Program-made: the position numbers and the translations under genes
Shown: piece by piece, positions 36,844 to 40,359 of the stretch
Layout of the letters: the number at the start of each line of letters is the position of its first letter
Numbering within the stretch: position 1 is the stretch's first letter
Origin: Planctomycetota bacterium
GTDB lineage: Bacteria > Planctomycetota > SZUA-567 > H5-PLA8
Direction of reading: 5' to 3'
DNA: 40,359 nucleotides
NCBI GenBank assembly: GCA_043801885.1
Contig: JAZDLP010000323.1
Span: forward strand, 1 to 40,359
The notes under the pieces: model-generated
Seen by the model: the letters and a program-made list of their open reading frames with translations, nothing else
What the model was told of the DNA's origin: nothing
The model's database searches: none

Positions 36844-38115
36844 ATGACTTTTAAACGCGGATTGTTCGACACCGATTTAATTCAGGCACCGTCTCCGGAG
36901 AAAGATTCCAAGACTGGCCGACCAAAGACTTGGACGGTCTCGCAATTGACGGCACAGATCAAAGATTGTATCGAACACAGTTTCGGCAGTGTCTGGGTCG
37001 AAGGCGAACTATCGAATTTCCGCGTTTACAGCTCTGGGCACTGCTACTTCTCATTAAAAGATGATACTGCGCAACTGTCCGCAGTGATGTGGCGCGGCAC
37101 GGTCGAACGACTGCGCTTCACGCCCGAAGACGGCAAAAAAGTGCTCGCCTGCGGGCGTCTGACCGTTTATGAGTCGCGCGGGCAGTACCAGATCGTCGTT
37201 GATCGGCTTGAATTACTGGGTGTGGGCGACTTGGCCGCGGCGTTCGAGCAGCTTAAGAAAAAGCTCGCCGCCGAAGGGTTGTTCAATGCGGCTCGCAAAC
37301 GCCCCATTCCCGCGATTCCGCGACGCATCGGCATCGTTACCAGTCCGACTGGCGCGGCGATCCACGATTTAATGAAAGTTATTTACGCACGCTGGCCGGC
37401 TGATATTTTGCTTTGCGGCGCGCGTGTGCAGGGCGCTGGCGCCGCCGCGGAGATCGCGCAGGGGATCGAACTATTGAACGGCCTGGCGGACGCTGATCGG
37501 CCTGACGTGCTGATCGTCGGTCGCGGTGGCGGATCGCTGGAAGACCTGTGGGCATTTAACGAAGAACTTGTTGCGCGAGCGATCTTCAAGTCTGAGATTC
37601 CGGTGATCAGCGCGGTTGGGCACGAGATTGACTTCACTATCTCTGATTTCGTCGCCGATATGCGCGCAGCGACGCCCAGTCACGCTGGCGAGCTGGTCGT
37701 GCCGCGTCTGAACGATATGCTTGCTCGCCTAAGCGATTTGCGTGCGGCGCTGCCGCAGGCGTTGTTGCGGCGCGTCGAAGTGGCTCGCCGCCGACTGGAA
37801 GCGATTGAACGAAGCTATGCGCTGCGGCATCCAGATGAGCGCATTGGGATGCTGCGTCAGCGGCTCGACGATATTTTTTCGCGGCTGATTCCCGCTGGCG
37901 AACGGCGTCTGAGCGCCGCGCGCGAACGTCTCGCCGCGTGTGTCAGTCGCCTGGACTCGCTCTCGCCTCTGAAAGTGCTTGACCGCGGTTACAGCGTTAC
38001 GTTGCGCGACCACGACGGCAAAATTGTCAAGTCCACGCGGGATGTCGCGGCGGGAGAACAGCTTCTCACGCGCGTAAAAGACGGAACGATCCGTTCACGT
38101 GTGGAAAAACTGTAG
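36844..38115 (+). CDS. xseA: Exodeoxyribonuclease VII large subunit
   Basis: VWVEGELSNF..SSGHCYFSLKD, LAAEGLF, IVTSPTGAAIHD, RGGGSLEDLWAFNEE, SAVGHEID, ATPS, LSPLKVLDRGYS. Confidence 0.97.
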   Translation: MTFKRGLFDTDLIQAPSPEKDSKTGRPKTWTVSQLTAQIKDCIEHSFGSVWVEGELSNFRVYSSGHCYFSLKDDTAQLSAVMWRGTVERLRFTPEDGKKVLACGRLTVYESRGQYQIVVDRLELLGVGDLAAAFEQLKKKLAAEGLFNAARKRPIPAIPRRIGIVTSPTGAAIHDLMKVIYARWPADILLCGARVQGAGAAAEIAQGIELLNGLADADRPDVLIVGRGGGSLEDLWAFNEELVARAIFKSEIPVISAVGHEIDFTISDFVADMRAATPSHAGELVVPRLNDMLARLSDLRAALPQALLRRVEVARRRLEAIERSYALRHPDERIGMLRQRLDDIFSRLIPAGERRLSAARERLAACVSRLDSLSPLKVLDRGYSVTLRDHDGKIVKSTRDVAAGEQLLTRVKDGTIRSRVEKL

Positions 38116-38135
38116 CGCAGGCGTCCTCGCCTGCA
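38112..38135 (+). repeat. REP whose GTAG provides the xseA stop codon
   Basis: gTAGcgcaggcgtcctcgcctgca. Confidence 0.85.
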
Positions 38136-38189
38136 CGACACACAGACTGCATTTCTTTAGCTATACTGGACTCAATATGAAAAAAACGA

Positions 38190-38271
38190 GGCTCATGTCG
38201 TTAATTGTGTGAAAAGACGCACAACTTCATGGTGTACTTTGTGTTGTTCCACACAATTGACGACAAGAGCC
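38190..38271. mobile_element. 82-bp MITE with a 25-bp imperfect TIR and a near-perfect 8-bp TSD
   Basis: ggctcatgtcgttaattgtgtgaaa / ttccacacaattgacgacaagagcc (22/25); flanks aaaaacga / aaaagcga. Confidence 0.75.
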
Positions 38272-38279
38272 AAAAGCGA

Positions 38280-39083
38280 TTACGGATACGACAACCACGG
38301 CGGCGGGACGCCCATGCGATTGCGCATGGAACGGTGGTCGAGATAACTGTTGCGTTCCGAAGCGGTGATCTCTCCGATCTTTTCACGATACCAGTTGTAC
38401 CACGTGCCGAAGAACGAGCCGAGATCCTTCCCGGCGATCATCTTCAGCAACTGAGCCGCGGGGCTGTCAATGTTAGTAACCGTGCCGGCAATATCCTGCG
38501 TAGGCAGCCAGATGGGTATTTTCACTCCGCACAGTCCGATCGGCAGCAGATACTTCGGTTTTTCTATGTTAGTGGGCAGCCCTAGATCAACATTGCCTGA
38601 CGGTGGCGGAATGGCGCGAATCAGCGCCGCCAGTGGGCGAGGGTCGTCAATCTCGCGTAGAGCTATAGCCACCGCACGACGGAGATTGGCGTCTTCAGAT
38701 CCGGCGTACTTCAGCAATTCTCGCATTGCCGCGTTGTTGCCCAGATTACGAATGACGCAGCAAGCTTCGCGTCGCACTTCTCCGTACGGGTCATGCACTG
38801 CGACAAACGCCAGCACACGCGAGCCTTGCTCGGTCAACGGCGCCAACGCCGCCAGCGCACGCAAAATTCCGATGCGTGTGTATTCGTCAATGAGCTGCTT
38901 TGGGTGCATCAGCGCTAACAATGTCGGCAGGTATTTTTCTTTCTTTAGCTTGATTTTTTCCAGCGCAGCCTTGCGCACGACCAGTTCGGGCGCGCCGAGA
39001 TCCTTGATGTCGGTTGGGATAACGTTCTCAGCGCGAATGCCGACTGCGGCTAACGCTAATAGGCAGAGCAGCGGCGCGAACAT
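38280..39083 (-). CDS. Exported HEAT-repeat protein
   Basis: Signal-like MFAPLLCLLALAAVGIRA; HEAT units VRKAAL, DPYGEVRREAC, DANLRRAVAIAL. The upstream extension to 39260 is repeat-derived. Confidence 0.75.
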   Translation of the reverse strand: MFAPLLCLLALAAVGIRAENVIPTDIKDLGAPELVVRKAALEKIKLKKEKYLPTLLALMHPKQLIDEYTRIGILRALAALAPLTEQGSRVLAFVAVHDPYGEVRREACCVIRNLGNNAAMRELLKYAGSEDANLRRAVAIALREIDDPRPLAALIRAIPPPSGNVDLGLPTNIEKPKYLLPIGLCGVKIPIWLPTQDIAGTVTNIDSPAAQLLKMIAGKDLGSFFGTWYNWYREKIGEITASERNSYLDHRSMRNRMGVPPPWLSYP

Positions 39084-39375
39084 AAGGGAATTTTCGATTT
39101 TCGATTGTGGATTGTGGATTGAAGGAAAAAAGGTCTCATGTTGGTAAATGTGTGGAATCCCGTGCGCCCGTAGGGGCACGGCATGCCGTGCCCCTACGTT
39201 ATTGCACACACTCGCCAACATGTTGAGTGCGTATGAATGTCCCATACTTTCGCCTTTCATTCGTCCCTAACGGGACATATTTTTTGGCAACAAACATTGA
39301 ATTTCCTATACCTTAAAAAACAAAATCATCTGTGTCCTCTGTGTCCTCTGTGGCAAAAATAGCCTGAACGGTTAC
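39079..39375. mobile_element. Family A MITE with an internal REP, followed by a family D end
   Basis: Ends cataagggaatttt / ttgaatttcctata; perfect palindrome cgtaggggcacggcatgccgtgcccctacg (39169-39198); tctgtgtcc array and aaaatagcctgaacggttac (39356-39375). Confidence 0.8.
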
Positions 39376-39389
39376 CAAGAAAGAGGTTA

Positions 39390-40253
39390 TTACTGGCCTG
39401 GCAACAGGAGTCCTTTATTAAAGACAAACTTTTCACTCTCTTTATCCCACCAATGTTGCCAAGTTTTAATATCCTTTTCGTCAGTATTGAATTTTTTACC
39501 CGTAACTTCTTTCAACGCGCTCAAGACCGGATAAAGGTCTTGTTCAGGCGCTCCGGCGAGAGGTTCATCTGGCAACATCAACGCGTTCTCTGTGCCGAGA
39601 CCCTGGATCACACCGCGCGGCTTATTCCTGGGATCGCGCGGGTTACCGCCGGCCAGTTCGTAGGAAAGTGCGTGCAACAGGCGTTCAATCGCTTCATTAT
39701 CCCCGTAATGGCGGATGGCTTGGCAGGCTCGTTTGCGCACGGTCCAGGGAAATTTCTGATTATCGGATGCAATGGCGAGATCGCAGAGTTTGCGCAACGC
39801 CACAGGCTCTTCTAACAAAACCAGCGCAGCGGCGGCGGCTGCACGAACGGTATTCTCCGTATCATAGACCGCCGAATTGATCAGCGCCTCCAGCGTGCGT
39901 CGATCATGAGTCAGACCCAGCACCTGAACCACGCGCGTTCGAATAGTCGTATCGGCATGTGGCACCGTGCGCAGGCAGCCGGGCGGAATCAGCAGCCGGG
40001 AGAAGGCTTCCAGTTCCCGGGGAGCTTGCGCCGCCAGCGCCAGCGCTTGTTTGCTTTTCTCCCATATGACCTTAGCGGGGAGGACAATGTTCAGACTCTT
40101 GATCAGAGCTTGCAATTGTTCCGGCTGGAGCTTGTTTGTCTCTTGGCGCATGCATATTTGAAAATCAAAATCGTCTTCGCCCATCAGCAAAGGTAATAAT
40201 AACGTCGCAGAGATTATAATTAGTTTCTGTTTTCCAAGCCACAAAACGCGCAA
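39390..40253 (-). CDS. HEAT-repeat protein with an N-terminal hydrophobic segment
   Basis: ADTTIRTRVVQVLG, DTENTVRAAAAAAL, VRKRACQAI, and a C-terminal ALKEVTG..F..D..W..WW motif; start uncertain. Confidence 0.75.
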   Translation of the reverse strand: MRVLWLGKQKLIIISATLLLPLLMGEDDFDFQICMRQETNKLQPEQLQALIKSLNIVLPAKVIWEKSKQALALAAQAPRELEAFSRLLIPPGCLRTVPHADTTIRTRVVQVLGLTHDRRTLEALINSAVYDTENTVRAAAAAALVLLEEPVALRKLCDLAIASDNQKFPWTVRKRACQAIRHYGDNEAIERLLHALSYELAGGNPRDPRNKPRGVIQGLGTENALMLPDEPLAGAPEQDLYPVLSALKEVTGKKFNTDEKDIKTWQHWWDKESEKFVFNKGLLLPGQ

Positions 40254-40359
40254 TTTACGAGGAGAAATATAATTTTTTATGTATAATATGTTCAGTCTAT
40301 TTTAAGCTATTTTACAAGATTATACGGGGAAGATGACAAAAAACCTGGAGAATAAGCTC

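Noticed and set aside
39084-39260. N-terminal extension of the HEAT protein
   Set aside because: It is translated REP and MITE sequence (VGARHAVPL, SIHNPQSKIEN) preceding a signal-like segment.
1-40359. Numerous 60-280 aa ORFs overlapping the called genes; tRNA, rRNA or known riboswitches
   Set aside because: The overlapping ORFs are shadow frames expected in GC-rich coding DNA. No cloverleaf, rRNA segment or riboswitch consensus was recognisable by eye; an Infernal/Rfam scan would be needed to exclude them.

Overview
Bacterial chromosomal window made up mostly of housekeeping and envelope genes. The gene content (exported HEAT-repeat proteins, OprO/P-like porin, C25 peptidase with Calx-beta domains) suggests an uncultured diderm, possibly Planctomycetota; this taxonomy is inference. 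In order: kbl (5' end off-window), mrdA/PBP2, a TetR-MFP-RND efflux operon, an isolated rpsN-rpsH-rplF cluster, asnB, panC, a TIM-barrel isomerase, a secreted K/D/E-tailed protein, a compositionally distinct xylB plus C25 peptidase pair, truD, a decayed DUF4258/DUF2283-like toxin-antitoxin locus, EF-G2, pfkA, GT9, murJ, a DUF6624-like gene, queA, an ArnT-like GT, a porin, xseA and two HEAT-repeat genes. I found no rRNA, tRNA or CRISPR array. The most notable signal is non-coding. Many intergenic spaces are nests of small non-autonomous elements: several MITE families with TIRs and TSDs, GTAG-type REP palindromes, 7-10-mer tandem repeats, GxxExxY-type cassette shells and a nested IS4-like remnant. 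These elements repeatedly supply stop codons, start codons or in-frame peptide to neighbouring genes, for example a REP translated inside AsnB and a 36-bp direct repeat bracketing the MFP gene. Other candidates are an unannotated 40-aa basic ORF with a perfect RBS, a possible S8-binding RNA leader, MurJ with an inserted soluble domain and an attC-like hairpin after the DUF6624-like gene. All family assignments come from motif recognition by eye; no searches were run.
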